Source: Thermoanaerobaculia bacterium | GTDB taxonomy: Bacteria; Acidobacteriota; Thermoanaerobaculia; UBA5066 | Direction: 5' to 3' | Assembly: GCA_038245905.1 (NCBI GenBank) | Contig: JBBRRY010000002.1 | Coordinates: 64,001-128,000, forward strand | Length of the DNA stretch: 64,000 bases | Shown here: positions 28,664-38,848 of the stretch, one piece after another | Position numbering within the stretch: position 1 is the first letter of the stretch | Layout: every line of letters starts with the position of its first letter | The notes under the pieces: generated by a model | What the model was told of the DNA's origin: nothing | Databases searched by the model: none | What the model saw: only the letters and a program-made list of their open reading frames with translations | Position numbers and translations under genes: made by a program

Positions 28664-30765
28664 GCGTTCCCGAACGCAGGCCGGCGCCGCGGAACGAGCA
28701 GGGCGGTGGCGAGCGCCAGCGCGGTGGCTGCAGAGATCATCGCCCCGATCTTCACCCACCGCGTGTCGGGCCGCAAACGCACCGCATGACGCCCCGGAGG
28801 GACGGCCAGGCCCGCGAACCCGAACGCGACCCGCGAGACGCGGGCCGGGCGGCCGTCGATCGTGGCCTCTTCCGCGGCCTCCCACAGCCGGTACAGCATG
28901 AGAAAGCCCGGACCCGGCCCCTCGACCTCGACGTCGAGAAAGAGCCCCGAGGGGCGGTCGTCGACCGCAAGGATCCGGCCCGCCGCGGGCGCGGCAGAAA
29001 CCCCCGGGACCGCTTCGTCGGCGTACGCGGTGTCGACGGGAAAGCCTTCCTCGAGCAGCCGCTTGAACACCGCGCGCCGGTCCGTAGATGCCACGAGCCT
29101 CCCTGCGAACCGGTACGGCGGAACCGGGTTCACGATCCGCTCGAGGCGCGGCCGGTAGCGCCCGTCCTCTCCCCGTTCGCTGCGGACGATCGCCGTGACG
29201 CCGACGCCCCGTACAAGGCGCTGGGCGAGCGGCGGCGTTTCCCGAACGGCGCGGGACAGAAGGCTCGACCACTCGAACGCCTCGAGGGGAAGCGACAGGT
29301 CGTAATCGACCTCGAACTGATAGCCGACCCCGAACAGCGATCCGTATGCCGGGAGCAGAGACTGCCGGCCGACGCGGGTCGCCGACTCGAGGTCACGCAG
29401 GTCGTACACCGGGACGGGCGCATAGCTGTCCCGGAAAAAAAGGCGCGGCGGGGGCGCGCCGGGGGCGACCGGGACGAGTGAGGACAGGAGCGCCGGAACG
29501 CGCGCGATCACGGAAGCGTCGTCGAGCGGCACGAGGCGCCGCGCCATGCCCTCGCGATCGATGAAAATCGCGAAAGCGAGGAGCAGCAAGACGACGCGAA
29601 GGGCGCGGGGCGAGACGGTTTCCGCGAGGCGCCTCAGCCCGAGCGCGGCGAGCCAGGCGAGACCGAATCCCGCGAGGATCAGGTGCCTTTCCGGATAGCG
29701 GATCCAGCCGAGAGGCGGCACGACCCACCTCACGAGTCCGAAGACCGGCGTCGCGTCGCCGAGCGCGAGGAGGAAGCCCGCCAGCGCGAGAAGCGCCGCC
29801 GCGATCCGTCCAGGCCCTTTCCGGACGAGTCCCGCGAGGACGAGGACCCACGCGACCCGCCCCGGCGTCACGGAGGGGAGGTACGGATAATCCGGTATCC
29901 GGGGTGCCGTCGCGACGACCGTCCAGTCGGCGATCATCCCGTCCGACGCGAGATCCGCGAGGCGCGCCAGCGCAAACGGCTTTAAGGAACTCTTGTCGAA
30001 GGTCCGTCCACTCTCCGGCGAACGGCTGCTGCGCGCCGCGGTCGCGCCCCCCGGAATGACGGAGACCGCGGCAAGACCACCAGCCACGAGAGCGCTGATC
30101 GCCAGGGCCGCGAGAGGCCGCGCGCGCCCGCGCCACCCGCTGTGTTCCTCCCACGCCGCCCAGGAGACCGCCACCGCGACAAACGCCGCATAGAGCACGA
30201 ACTCGGGCGCCGTCGCGAGAAGAATCAGCGCCGCCGCGATCGCCACCTTCGCCACCTCGCGCGTACGCGGCGCCTTCACGAGGTCGAAGACGAAGGCGGC
30301 GAACCACGGAAGAATCGAGAGAGCGGACAGCGTGGGCGGAAACGTGGCGACGGACACCGCCGTTCCGCCAAGCGCGAAGACGAGGCCGGCCACGGCCGCG
30401 GGCGCGCGCGGAACACCGAGGCGCCGCGCGAACGCGGCTAATCCCGCGAGGGCGACGGCGAGGTGGAGAAGGATCCACGCCTTCATCGCCCCGCCGAGCG
30501 GCAGCAGCAGGAAGAGAACGTTCGCGGGGTCGAAGGGCGCCGCCGACAAGCCGCCGAGAAGCGGCGACCCGCCCCAGCGGAATCGATCCACCCATGGCAG
30601 CTCCCCGCGCCCGATCGCTTCGACGAGATGCGCCTTCAGCGGAAAGAAATAGAACAGGAGGTCCCGGCCCACCGGAATGCCGGTGCCGAAAAAATCGCGA
30701 AACGGCAGGAGCGCGAGAAGGAGCGCCCCGAGGAGCGGAAGCAATTCGCGGAGACGTGCCTTCAC
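28660..30765 (-). CDS. YfhO-like polytopic membrane protein (putative GT-C glycosyltransferase)
   Basis: RDLLFYFFP..GELPW....GGSP, many TM helices, IRYPER, C-terminal VPPGRHAVRL plus TM. Confidence 0.7.
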   Translation of the reverse strand: MKARLRELLPLLGALLLALLPFRDFFGTGIPVGRDLLFYFFPLKAHLVEAIGRGELPWVDRFRWGGSPLLGGLSAAPFDPANVLFLLLPLGGAMKAWILLHLAVALAGLAAFARRLGVPRAPAAVAGLVFALGGTAVSVATFPPTLSALSILPWFAAFVFDLVKAPRTREVAKVAIAAALILLATAPEFVLYAAFVAVAVSWAAWEEHSGWRGRARPLAALAISALVAGGLAAVSVIPGGATAARSSRSPESGRTFDKSSLKPFALARLADLASDGMIADWTVVATAPRIPDYPYLPSVTPGRVAWVLVLAGLVRKGPGRIAAALLALAGFLLALGDATPVFGLVRWVVPPLGWIRYPERHLILAGFGLAWLAALGLRRLAETVSPRALRVVLLLLAFAIFIDREGMARRLVPLDDASVIARVPALLSSLVPVAPGAPPPRLFFRDSYAPVPVYDLRDLESATRVGRQSLLPAYGSLFGVGYQFEVDYDLSLPLEAFEWSSLLSRAVRETPPLAQRLVRGVGVTAIVRSERGEDGRYRPRLERIVNPVPPYRFAGRLVASTDRRAVFKRLLEEGFPVDTAYADEAVPGVSAAPAAGRILAVDDRPSGLFLDVEVEGPGPGFLMLYRLWEAAEEATIDGRPARVSRVAFGFAGLAVPPGRHAVRLRPDTRWVKIGAMISAATALALATALLVPRRRPAFGNA

Positions 30766-32984
30766 GGGAGCACCCGCGGCCGAGCGAAGAGGGCGATCGC
30801 CAGGAGCGACGCGAGAGAGAGAGCGGCGCCGGAAGAGAATGCGGGGTTCTCGTATGCGAGTGCGATCTCGTGGTCTCCCCCCGGGACGTTCACGGCCATC
30901 AGGTATCCGTCCGAAGCGTGGACCTGAAGATCCGCTCCGTCCAACCGGGCATGCCAGTTCGGGTCGAACGTCCGCCCGACGAAGAGCACGGCGGCCGGAA
31001 GGCCGACCCGCACTCTGAGGCGGGCCCGACCTGCCCGGCGCTCCTCAACCGTGACGGTCCCGGCACCCCTCGGGAGGACGGCGAACTCTGCCCGCGCGTT
31101 TTCGACGTGCAGGATCCGGTCCTCTCCGAAGCGGCCGATCTCGACGACACCGGGCGGGTCGGGCGGCGCCGCCGCCGTCCTCGTGACCGTGACCCCCAGC
31201 GTCCGCAGGCGCGCGACCTTTTCCTCTCCCCATCGGAGTCGGGCGAGCGCCCGGGCGAAGCGCGCCGACGGCGCCGCCGTCATGCGGTCTATGTCGTTCT
31301 CTCCGGTGTATCGGATCCCGAACGCGACGCCGACGGCAGGGTGCAACGGATCGAGCCCGCCGGCCTCGCGAGTCCGGCGCGCGACCGTCGACGCGTCGTC
31401 GGCGCCGTCATCGTAAAAGCGGCCGGATCCCGCCTGCGCGCGCACGAGCGCGACCTCGGGCGTCTCCTTACGGTAAAGGTCCGGTGGACCGGCGGGGCAC
31501 GTCCCCGCCACGCGCCGGCTCGCATCGGCAATGAACAGAAGAGAAAGAATTCCTGCGAAGAGAGAGACGGGAAGCCGGTTGTGCGAGACGAGCCACCCGA
31601 GGGCGGCGACGAGAGCAAGAGTAAGACTTCCTAGAAGGAGGAGGGGACGGAGAGTCGCGGCCACAGCCGCGGCGGACGTGGGTCCGGAGCCCAAGCCGAC
31701 GCCCCATAAACCCTTTCTAAGAAAATCTTCCGCGCCGATCGCCAACGCGAGAAGCGAGCCGCAGACGACGGCCAATCCAGTCGCGCCCATCCGAAGCAGA
31801 TTGAAAGCCTGTCGTCGTGCCTCCACGTCCGCGAAGAAGACGCGGTCCACGCCGGCCGCCGCCGCCGCCGCGAGCGCAAACGTCACGAGGAGCCACCACT
31901 TTTCCGGATATCGAATGACCGGAAAGGCCTGCGCGAGGAAAGAGGCGCCTGGCAGAAACCGTCCGAACGAGAGCACCGCGCCCCCGAGAGCGAGAAGAAT
32001 CGCGGCTCGCCCGCGCCCGTCGCGCCAGGCAGCCGCCATGAAGAGAAGGGGGATCAGCCCGAGCGCGAGATCCTCGAAGTAGGGGCTCCCTGCATCGAAT
32101 GTGCCCGCGCCCCAATCGGAGGCCGCGTCACCCTCTGGGTCGCCGGTGAGCCGCGGCTCGAGGAGCGTGAGAATGCGCGACGGCCGCACGGACCGGAAGA
32201 GGGCGCCGTGCTCGGGCCGCATCTCGGTACCGCGCGCGGATCGGGAAAGCTCGAGGGCCGCCGGAAAGATCTGGACCGCCGCGAGGCCGGCGCCAAGGAG
32301 GAGCGTGAGGAGCGCTCCGGCGATCGAGCGCCCTCGCGCCTGCCCGGCACCGAAGGCCGCGATCGCGAAGAAGGCCGCCGCGCCCATCAGCGTGACGGCC
32401 GGTTCACCGCCGAGCGCCGAAAGACCGAAGGCGAGAGCCGCGAAGGCGCGCGCGCGGCTGCGGGAAGCCGCGTCGGAAGAGGCAAGACGCGGAGCCTCGG
32501 CGAGCGCGAAGGCGAGCGGAAGAACGGCCGCGCACGTCGTCGCGTATATGGGAAGCGTCTGAAACACGCCCGAGAAAAGCAGCACGAGCGTCCCTGCGGC
32601 CGACGCCTGGGGCGAGAGCCCGAGACGCCACATGGAAAGGAAGAAGACGGCGAGGACGAGGAAGATACTGACGAAAGCGACAGCAGTCGGAGAGAGCACG
32701 AGGAGGAGCGGCGAGAGCGGCCAGAATGCCGCCGCGTTCGGATCGGCCGCGAACGGCCGTCCCGACGACATCCACTCGTTCCAGACGGGCATCTCGCGCG
32801 ACCCGAGGAGCCGCGCCAGGACGAGTCTCCATGGTACGAAGAAGAAGCCCGCATCGCGCCGATACAGCGTGCCGCCGGTCAGGAACGGAGCGAAGCGGAT
32901 CGCGGCGGCCGCGAACACGGCCGCGAATGCCCACCAGAAAGAGCTCGTGCGGAGGCGAGGGGGCTCTTCCGATGCCGGCGTCAC
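30762..32984 (-). CDS. YfhO-like polytopic membrane protein (putative GT-C glycosyltransferase)
   Basis: RDAGFFFVP..MPVWNEWMSSGRPF, IRYPEK, FDPNWHA..DG, VPGGDHEI; GTG start at 32984 inferred. Confidence 0.72.
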   Translation of the reverse strand: MTPASEEPPRLRTSSFWWAFAAVFAAAAIRFAPFLTGGTLYRRDAGFFFVPWRLVLARLLGSREMPVWNEWMSSGRPFAADPNAAAFWPLSPLLLVLSPTAVAFVSIFLVLAVFFLSMWRLGLSPQASAAGTLVLLFSGVFQTLPIYATTCAAVLPLAFALAEAPRLASSDAASRSRARAFAALAFGLSALGGEPAVTLMGAAAFFAIAAFGAGQARGRSIAGALLTLLLGAGLAAVQIFPAALELSRSARGTEMRPEHGALFRSVRPSRILTLLEPRLTGDPEGDAASDWGAGTFDAGSPYFEDLALGLIPLLFMAAAWRDGRGRAAILLALGGAVLSFGRFLPGASFLAQAFPVIRYPEKWWLLVTFALAAAAAAGVDRVFFADVEARRQAFNLLRMGATGLAVVCGSLLALAIGAEDFLRKGLWGVGLGSGPTSAAAVAATLRPLLLLGSLTLALVAALGWLVSHNRLPVSLFAGILSLLFIADASRRVAGTCPAGPPDLYRKETPEVALVRAQAGSGRFYDDGADDASTVARRTREAGGLDPLHPAVGVAFGIRYTGENDIDRMTAAPSARFARALARLRWGEEKVARLRTLGVTVTRTAAAPPDPPGVVEIGRFGEDRILHVENARAEFAVLPRGAGTVTVEERRAGRARLRVRVGLPAAVLFVGRTFDPNWHARLDGADLQVHASDGYLMAVNVPGGDHEIALAYENPAFSSGAALSLASLLAIALFARPRVLP
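31623..31730. repeat. Intragenic AT-rich inverted motif pair, copy C
   Basis: AAGACTTCCTAGAAGG (31623-31638) and CCCTTTCTAAGAAAATCTTC (31711-31730). Confidence 0.55.
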
Positions 32985-32989
32985 GTCAC

Positions 32990-34393
32990 TCAGGGCTTCC
33001 GCGCGAGCACCAGAAGCGACATCCCGAACGACGGCTCCGACTTTTCCTCCGCGCGAAGGAGGGGCATCAGCCATTTGAAAGCGCCCAGCTGTCTCTTCGG
33101 CAGGACACGGCGCTTCAGAACGCGCGAATTCAGCCACCAGCCCAGAACGCCGGGTCGATTCAGGTACCGGACCGATTCCACCGCAAACCCGGCGCGCGCG
33201 ACGAGCGTCGAGAGGGCCCCCTTTTCATAGCGGCGGTAGTGGCGCAGATTCTCGTCGAGCGTGCCGTAGAGCGCCGGCAGGGCCGGCACGAGCAGCGCGA
33301 GGTGCCCTCCGGGCTGGAGAACGCGCAGGAAGTCGGCAAGCGTCCCGGCGTCGTCCTCGATGTGCTCGAGCACGTTCAGACAGACGATCGTGTCGATGCG
33401 CTCCTTCTCCAGGTCGGCGCGATCCTCCCCGGTGAGCGGAAACCGGAATGAGGCGACACGCACGTGGACCTGTTTCTCGAAGCGGTTGAGGAGCTCCCGC
33501 ACGTAGTGCGGCTCGATATCCGACGCGACGACGCGTTCCCGGTCCGCGAAAAAGCGGGTCTGGTTCCCCACTCCCGATCCGACCTCGAGGACGCGCGACC
33601 CGAGCCAGGCTTCGAAACGGTCGTGAATCCACCGGTTGTATACGGACAGCTCGCTCATCCGCCTGAGCGTGATGGCGCCGACGTCGCCCTCGGGCGCCTC
33701 CCAGCGGAAGTACTTGAGGATCGTCCAGACCGCCTGAAACGCGTCCCTGAGGCCGATTTTCTTCCCTTCCTCGTAGGTCCGGCCGTTGTAGGAGATGGGA
33801 ACCTCGTAGATCCGGACGCGCATGCGCGCCACCTTGCACGTGATCTCGGGTTCGACGCCGAACCGCTGGGACCTGAGGTCCAGCCGGTCCACGACTCCGC
33901 GCGTCATGACCTTGTAACACGTCTCCATGTCGGAAAGGTTCAGGTCCGTGAACACGTTCGACATGAACGTGAGAAGGCGGTTGCCCACCGTGTGCCAGAA
34001 GTAGAGGACGCGGTGCCCGTGCGGACTGCCGAGAAAACGGGATCCGTACACGACCTCGGCCTTCCCCGAAAGAATGGGCCTCAGGAGAACCGGATATTCC
34101 TCGGGGTCGTACTCGAGATCGGCGTCCTGGATCACGACAAAGTCGCCCGTCGAGGCGCGCATGCCGGCCCAGACCGCCGCGCCCTTCCCCAGGTTGCGTG
34201 TCTGCAGGAGAACACGCACGCCGTTCTTGCCGTCGAGCTCCCGGAGAATGTCGCGGGTGCCGTCCGTCGAGCCGTCGTCGACGATCACGATCTCGCGCTC
34301 GAGATCCCCGAGGTCCACCGCGAGAACCTGCGCAAGGATCTCGCGAATCGTCCGGCGTTCGTTGAACGCCGGCATCACGATCGACAACTTCAT
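32990..34393 (-). CDS. GT2 (DPM1-like) glycosyltransferase fused to class I SAM methyltransferase
   Basis: IVMPAFNE, DDGSTDGT, QDADLEYDP, DMETCYK; then VLEVGSGVG, LNVLEHI, HYRRY. Confidence 0.88.
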   Translation of the reverse strand: MKLSIVMPAFNERRTIREILAQVLAVDLGDLEREIVIVDDGSTDGTRDILRELDGKNGVRVLLQTRNLGKGAAVWAGMRASTGDFVVIQDADLEYDPEEYPVLLRPILSGKAEVVYGSRFLGSPHGHRVLYFWHTVGNRLLTFMSNVFTDLNLSDMETCYKVMTRGVVDRLDLRSQRFGVEPEITCKVARMRVRIYEVPISYNGRTYEEGKKIGLRDAFQAVWTILKYFRWEAPEGDVGAITLRRMSELSVYNRWIHDRFEAWLGSRVLEVGSGVGNQTRFFADRERVVASDIEPHYVRELLNRFEKQVHVRVASFRFPLTGEDRADLEKERIDTIVCLNVLEHIEDDAGTLADFLRVLQPGGHLALLVPALPALYGTLDENLRHYRRYEKGALSTLVARAGFAVESVRYLNRPGVLGWWLNSRVLKRRVLPKRQLGAFKWLMPLLRAEEKSEPSFGMSLLVLARKP

Positions 34394-34398
34394 CTCTT

Positions 34399-36129
34399 CT
34401 ATCTCTTCTGCTCTTTCAGATCGTAAAGAACGATGGAGTATCCCACGCGATCGATTGGCATTCCCCGCGTCAAAACCGCCTGGCGAAGGCGGAAGAGGCC
34501 CGCGGCACCGGCAGGATCTCCGTGAAACGCCGTCGCCTCAGGGCCGCAGCACATCAGGAACGAGGAGACCGCCCAGAGACCCGGCCGGACCGGCGCGCCG
34601 GCGGGCGCGAACACGGTCGCTCTCGGCGCGTAATACGGCACGTCCCCGCCGCCGAAATACGCGATCGTCGTCCGCTCCTCGTCCCCACGCTCCCGCAGCC
34701 GGCGCGCGAGACGCTCGAGGTCCTGCCCCCAGTCGAGATTCGAATCATTGAGCCAGACCGCGCCGTTCGCCGGGCCTCCGACCGCCTCGTTGAAAAACGA
34801 GAGCTCGTGAGGGTGCACGCGCAGGGTCTCGCCGAGCTGCAGCACGGCCCCGGCAAGAAGCACGGCCGCCGCCGCACGCGCCGGAAGCGCACGGAAGAGG
34901 ACGAGGACGGCGGCCGCGAGAAGGAGCGGATATACCGGCAGCATGTGCCGGATGCCGATGTTGTAGGACGTCGCCATCCCGGTCAGGAACAGATAGGCCG
35001 GAGGGAGCACGAGCGTCAGGAGGACGAGGTCTGGCCGCACCCGCCTGAAGGCGGCTACGCCGCAGGCGACGACGAGGATCGCGAGAAATCCGAGCGAGCT
35101 CTTCACCGCGAACGCGACGAAGAAATACTCCCAGAATCCGTCCACGGAGAGCCTGCCGTGGAGGAAATTCACGCCGCCGCCCGTCCGGTTCTGGACCGCG
35201 ATCCCGGCGAGTCCCGCCGCGTAGTGACCCGCCTCCTTCGAAACCCGCGAGATCGCGAGAATCCTGCCGATCGTCTCTTCGGGCGCCTGCCGCGAAACGA
35301 GAAAGATCCGCACGGCCTTCGCGGCCTCGGGCCCGCTCATGTGGCGCATCGCGACTGCGTAGCTTCCGAAGAGCACGACGGCCGATGCCGCGCCCGCGAG
35401 GAGAAGGCCGCGCAGCGCGACGAGATCGGGAGGGCGGCCCGCACGTGCGGCCTCACGGCGCTCCCTGAGAAGGCCGACGAGAGCGAGGAGCACGACCATC
35501 GGGACGAGAAGGACACACGAGAACTTCGCGGCAAGGCTCGCGCCCAGCGCGAGGCCCGTGGCCGCCCAAAGGCCGAGGGACCCCCGCTCGAGAGCGCGCA
35601 AGGCCAGCACGAGCGTGGCGAAGAATCCGAGAGACGCCGCGAGGTCGGTATGCACCACGCCCGCGTGCGCCAGAAGGTTCGGTTCGAAGGCCAGAACCGC
35701 CGCGGTGAGGATTCCGGCGAGATCACCCGCCCAGCCCCGCACGGTCCACCCGGCCGAGGCGACGAGAATGAAGAAGAGCACCGCGACAGGCGCGCGGGCG
35801 ACACCGAAGAGCTTCCCGGGCGCGAGCATCGAGTGAAAGCTGAAGGGCCGAGGCTGCTCGGCCATTGCCATGGAAAATGGGATTTCCATCTTCGGCGCGC
35901 GACCGCCCGCCGCACGCACCGCGAACCCGGAGAGGAGCTTCACGAGCGGCGGGTGCTCGAGATTCGCATAGTACGTGCCCGCGATCGCATACTCCGCCGC
36001 CGCGAGCGTGTGGAAGGGCTCGTCCATCGTCGGGCTGTCGAGGCGCGTGTGGTCGACGACCAGGGCGACGCCGCACGCGGCCAGAACGAGCACGGCCGAA
36101 CGAAACCTCACGCGGCGGGCCACGGACAC
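34399..36129 (-). CDS. PMT/ArnT-like GT-C glycosyltransferase
   Basis: SPTMDEPFH, EHPPLVK, HTD, AKFS, IGIRHMLP, DSNLDWGQD. Confidence 0.78.
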   Translation of the reverse strand: MSVARRVRFRSAVLVLAACGVALVVDHTRLDSPTMDEPFHTLAAAEYAIAGTYYANLEHPPLVKLLSGFAVRAAGGRAPKMEIPFSMAMAEQPRPFSFHSMLAPGKLFGVARAPVAVLFFILVASAGWTVRGWAGDLAGILTAAVLAFEPNLLAHAGVVHTDLAASLGFFATLVLALRALERGSLGLWAATGLALGASLAAKFSCVLLVPMVVLLALVGLLRERREAARAGRPPDLVALRGLLLAGAASAVVLFGSYAVAMRHMSGPEAAKAVRIFLVSRQAPEETIGRILAISRVSKEAGHYAAGLAGIAVQNRTGGGVNFLHGRLSVDGFWEYFFVAFAVKSSLGFLAILVVACGVAAFRRVRPDLVLLTLVLPPAYLFLTGMATSYNIGIRHMLPVYPLLLAAAVLVLFRALPARAAAAVLLAGAVLQLGETLRVHPHELSFFNEAVGGPANGAVWLNDSNLDWGQDLERLARRLRERGDEERTTIAYFGGGDVPYYAPRATVFAPAGAPVRPGLWAVSSFLMCCGPEATAFHGDPAGAAGLFRLRQAVLTRGMPIDRVGYSIVLYDLKEQKR

Positions 36130-36178
36130 CGTGGGATTGTAGGGGGAGTGAGTCGCCGGCCCTGTTACGCTCGAGTCC

Positions 36179-38095
36179 GTGAGCGCGCGCTCCGGAGGTC
36201 CCTCGCGGAACGGGTGGTTCGTCCTCCTGATGTTTCTCGCGGCCCTCGCACTCCGCCTCGCGCCCTTCTCCGCAGCGACGGCACCGGGATGGCGGCTCCT
36301 GTCGCCGGACTGCTATGGCCATCTCAGGCGCACGGTCTCGGTCGCCCGCAACTTCCCACGCGTTCCCGTCCGCGATTCGTATCTCAACCATCCCGAAGGC
36401 GGCGTCTTCATCTGGCCACCGGCATTCGACCTCCTCGCTGGCGGTATTTCGCGCGCTCTCTACGGGCGCACGGCGACGACGGAACAGGTCTTGCGGGTCG
36501 CGGCCATCCTCCCCGCGCTCCTGGGCGCTCTCCACGTCATCCCTCTCTTCGCAGTTGCCAGAAGGACCCTAGGCAGGCGCCGCGCGCGGATCGCGACCGT
36601 CGCTTATGCCGCGATTCCGGCCGCCGTCCTCTGGGGAGGTTTCGGACATTTCGACCATCATGTCGCCGAGGCGCTCAACTTGCTCCTCGTCCTCGCGGCC
36701 GGTGTTTGGACCGTGGGCGCGCGCGGGGGCGCTCGATTCGCGGGCGCCGCTGTCTTCGGCGCGGCGATCGCCCTCGCCGTCCTCACGTGGCAGGGGGCCG
36801 TGTTCGTGGCCGGCCTCTCGTTTCTGTGGGCGGCTCTCGCACTCGGTGAGGCCGCGGCTGTCGCCGGCCTCGTCGCGGCCGCGCTCGTCGCTCTTGGAAC
36901 CGTGACGACGCTCCCGGGCGGACCCGTGCCTTTTTCGTTCGTCTCGTTCGGCTGGTTCCAACCGCTGCTTCTCGCGGGAGCCTCCGTGCCGCTCCTCGCG
37001 CTGGCCGCGTGGCGCACCGAGTCCGCGTGGAGACGGGCTCTCTGGGGACTGCTCGCGGTTGCCGGCCTGGCCGTGACCATGCCAAACGCGCATCGCCTCC
37101 TCGCCGCTGTCTTCCGCGGGGGAGCGTATGTCTTCAAGGAGAGCGTGGGCGGGAACGCAAACGATTTCGCAGACGGCGGTTTCCTCTCCTATCCGCCGGA
37201 GTTCCTGCGCCTCATCGCCGAGTCCCAGCCGCTCGTTCGCGGCTGGAAATCGTTCGAACGCGCCCTCCGCGAGCTTTCGCCGGGCTTCCTCCTCGTGCCC
37301 CTGGCGGCTCTCCTCTGGGCGAAGGCTGGCATCCTTCGGCCCCGTACGTCTCGTGGCGCCGGCCGGCTTCTCCTCGCCCTCTTCGCCGCGGCCGTCTTCG
37401 CCATGGCTCTTTTCCAGCAGCGTAACGTCTACTACCTCGCCATCTTCGCCGCTCTGGCGCTCGCCGAGGCGTGCGCGCGGGTCGGCCCGCGTGCACGAAC
37501 CTTCCCGAGGACGGCCCTTCCGTTCCTTCTCGCCGCGGGCCTCGTGATCGTACCGGGCTGGCCCTATCTCCAAAGGGCCCGCACGTTCGCGGACGGCCCG
37601 GGCGACGACTTTCTCGACCTCTTCGCGAGACTTCGTGCTCTGGATCCGCCGCCGGTGGACCCTGCGACCGTCCCACAGCTGCCTCCGGGAGCGATTCCCG
37701 GCGTGATGCCTCCGTGGTCCGCGGGGCACTTCGTGACGGCGCTCGCGGAGCGGCCAGCCGCCGCGGACCCGTTCGGCTACGGATGGCGCCGCCAGTGCCG
37801 GCTGTTCACGGCCACGGACGACGCGGAGGCGCTCGCGATTCTGAAGGCCTCGAGGTGCCGGTATCTCGTCACGACGGAGCTAACCCCCCTGCTGCCCGCC
37901 TATGCGGCCGCCGCAGGACGCGCGCCCGCATCCACGCGCGCGATGTTCGCCCGGCGGGTGCACGAGTCCGACGCCGCCCGGCCGCTTCCATTCCTCGAGA
38001 GGGTCCTCGACTCGCGGACGGGCACGCGCCGTTTGGACGGATCCTTCCAGCCGCGATTCCGCGTCTTTCGCGTGCTCGGCCCCGACGCACCCTAG
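36179..38095 (+). CDS. STT3/AglB-like oligosaccharyltransferase (archaeal-type motifs, degenerate WWDYG)
   Basis: DCYGHLRR, FDHHVAE, IAESQP, QQRNVYY, PWSAGH, ADPFG in the order seen in archaeal AglB; many TM helices. Confidence 0.75.
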   Translation: MSARSGGPSRNGWFVLLMFLAALALRLAPFSAATAPGWRLLSPDCYGHLRRTVSVARNFPRVPVRDSYLNHPEGGVFIWPPAFDLLAGGISRALYGRTATTEQVLRVAAILPALLGALHVIPLFAVARRTLGRRRARIATVAYAAIPAAVLWGGFGHFDHHVAEALNLLLVLAAGVWTVGARGGARFAGAAVFGAAIALAVLTWQGAVFVAGLSFLWAALALGEAAAVAGLVAAALVALGTVTTLPGGPVPFSFVSFGWFQPLLLAGASVPLLALAAWRTESAWRRALWGLLAVAGLAVTMPNAHRLLAAVFRGGAYVFKESVGGNANDFADGGFLSYPPEFLRLIAESQPLVRGWKSFERALRELSPGFLLVPLAALLWAKAGILRPRTSRGAGRLLLALFAAAVFAMALFQQRNVYYLAIFAALALAEACARVGPRARTFPRTALPFLLAAGLVIVPGWPYLQRARTFADGPGDDFLDLFARLRALDPPPVDPATVPQLPPGAIPGVMPPWSAGHFVTALAERPAAADPFGYGWRRQCRLFTATDDAEALAILKASRCRYLVTTELTPLLPAYAAAAGRAPASTRAMFARRVHESDAARPLPFLERVLDSRTGTRRLDGSFQPRFRVFRVLGPDAP

Positions 38096-38104
38096 AATCC
38101 GGAA

Positions 38105-38848
38105 ATGCCGATCCAGGGGAAGCGCGTCGCGGTCGTGATGCCCGCCTACAACGCGGAGAAGACGCTGGACAAGACGTGGCACGAAATCCCGAAGGACTGG
38201 GTCGACGACATCATCCTCGTGGATGACGCCTCCACGGACCGCACCGTCGAGGTCGCGCGCGCACTCTCGGGCGTCCACGTCGTGACGCATGCCAGGAACC
38301 GCGGCTACGGCGGCAACCAGAAGACCTGTTACGCGACGGCGCTCGCGCGCGGCGCCGACATCTGCGTCATGGTGCACCCGGACCACCAGTACGACGCGAC
38401 CGTCCTGCCCGACCTCATCGGCCCGATCGCGCGCGGCGAGGAAGACGCGATGTTCGGCAGCCGCATGCTCGGAGGGCGCCCGCTCGAGGGCGGCATGCCG
38501 AAGTGGAAATACCTCGCGAACCTCTTTCTGACCGCCGTCGAGAACGCCACGTTCTATCTCTACCTGACCGAGTATCACTCGGGTCTGCGGGCGTATTCGC
38601 GTCACTATCTCGAGAGCGTCAACCTCGAGGCTTTTTCGGACGACTTCGTCTTCGACACCGAGATCATCGCCGCGGGCATGTGGAAGAACATGCGCATTCG
38701 CGAGGTCCCGATCGTGACGCGCTACTTCGACGAGGCCTCGCAGATCAATTTCTGGAACTCTTGCATCTACGGTCTTTCGATCCTCGGGGTGATGGCCCGC
38801 TTCAAGGCCCGGAAGTGGGGATGGCGGGACGACCCGATCTTTCCGTGA
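38105..38848 (+). CDS. GT2 polyprenol-phosphate glycosyltransferase (DPM1-like)
   Basis: VVMPAYNAE, DDASTD, NRGYGGNQK, HPDHQYD, EYHSG. Confidence 0.88.
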   Translation: MPIQGKRVAVVMPAYNAEKTLDKTWHEIPKDWVDDIILVDDASTDRTVEVARALSGVHVVTHARNRGYGGNQKTCYATALARGADICVMVHPDHQYDATVLPDLIGPIARGEEDAMFGSRMLGGRPLEGGMPKWKYLANLFLTAVENATFYLYLTEYHSGLRAYSRHYLESVNLEAFSDDFVFDTEIIAAGMWKNMRIREVPIVTRYFDEASQINFWNSCIYGLSILGVMARFKARKWGWRDDPIFP

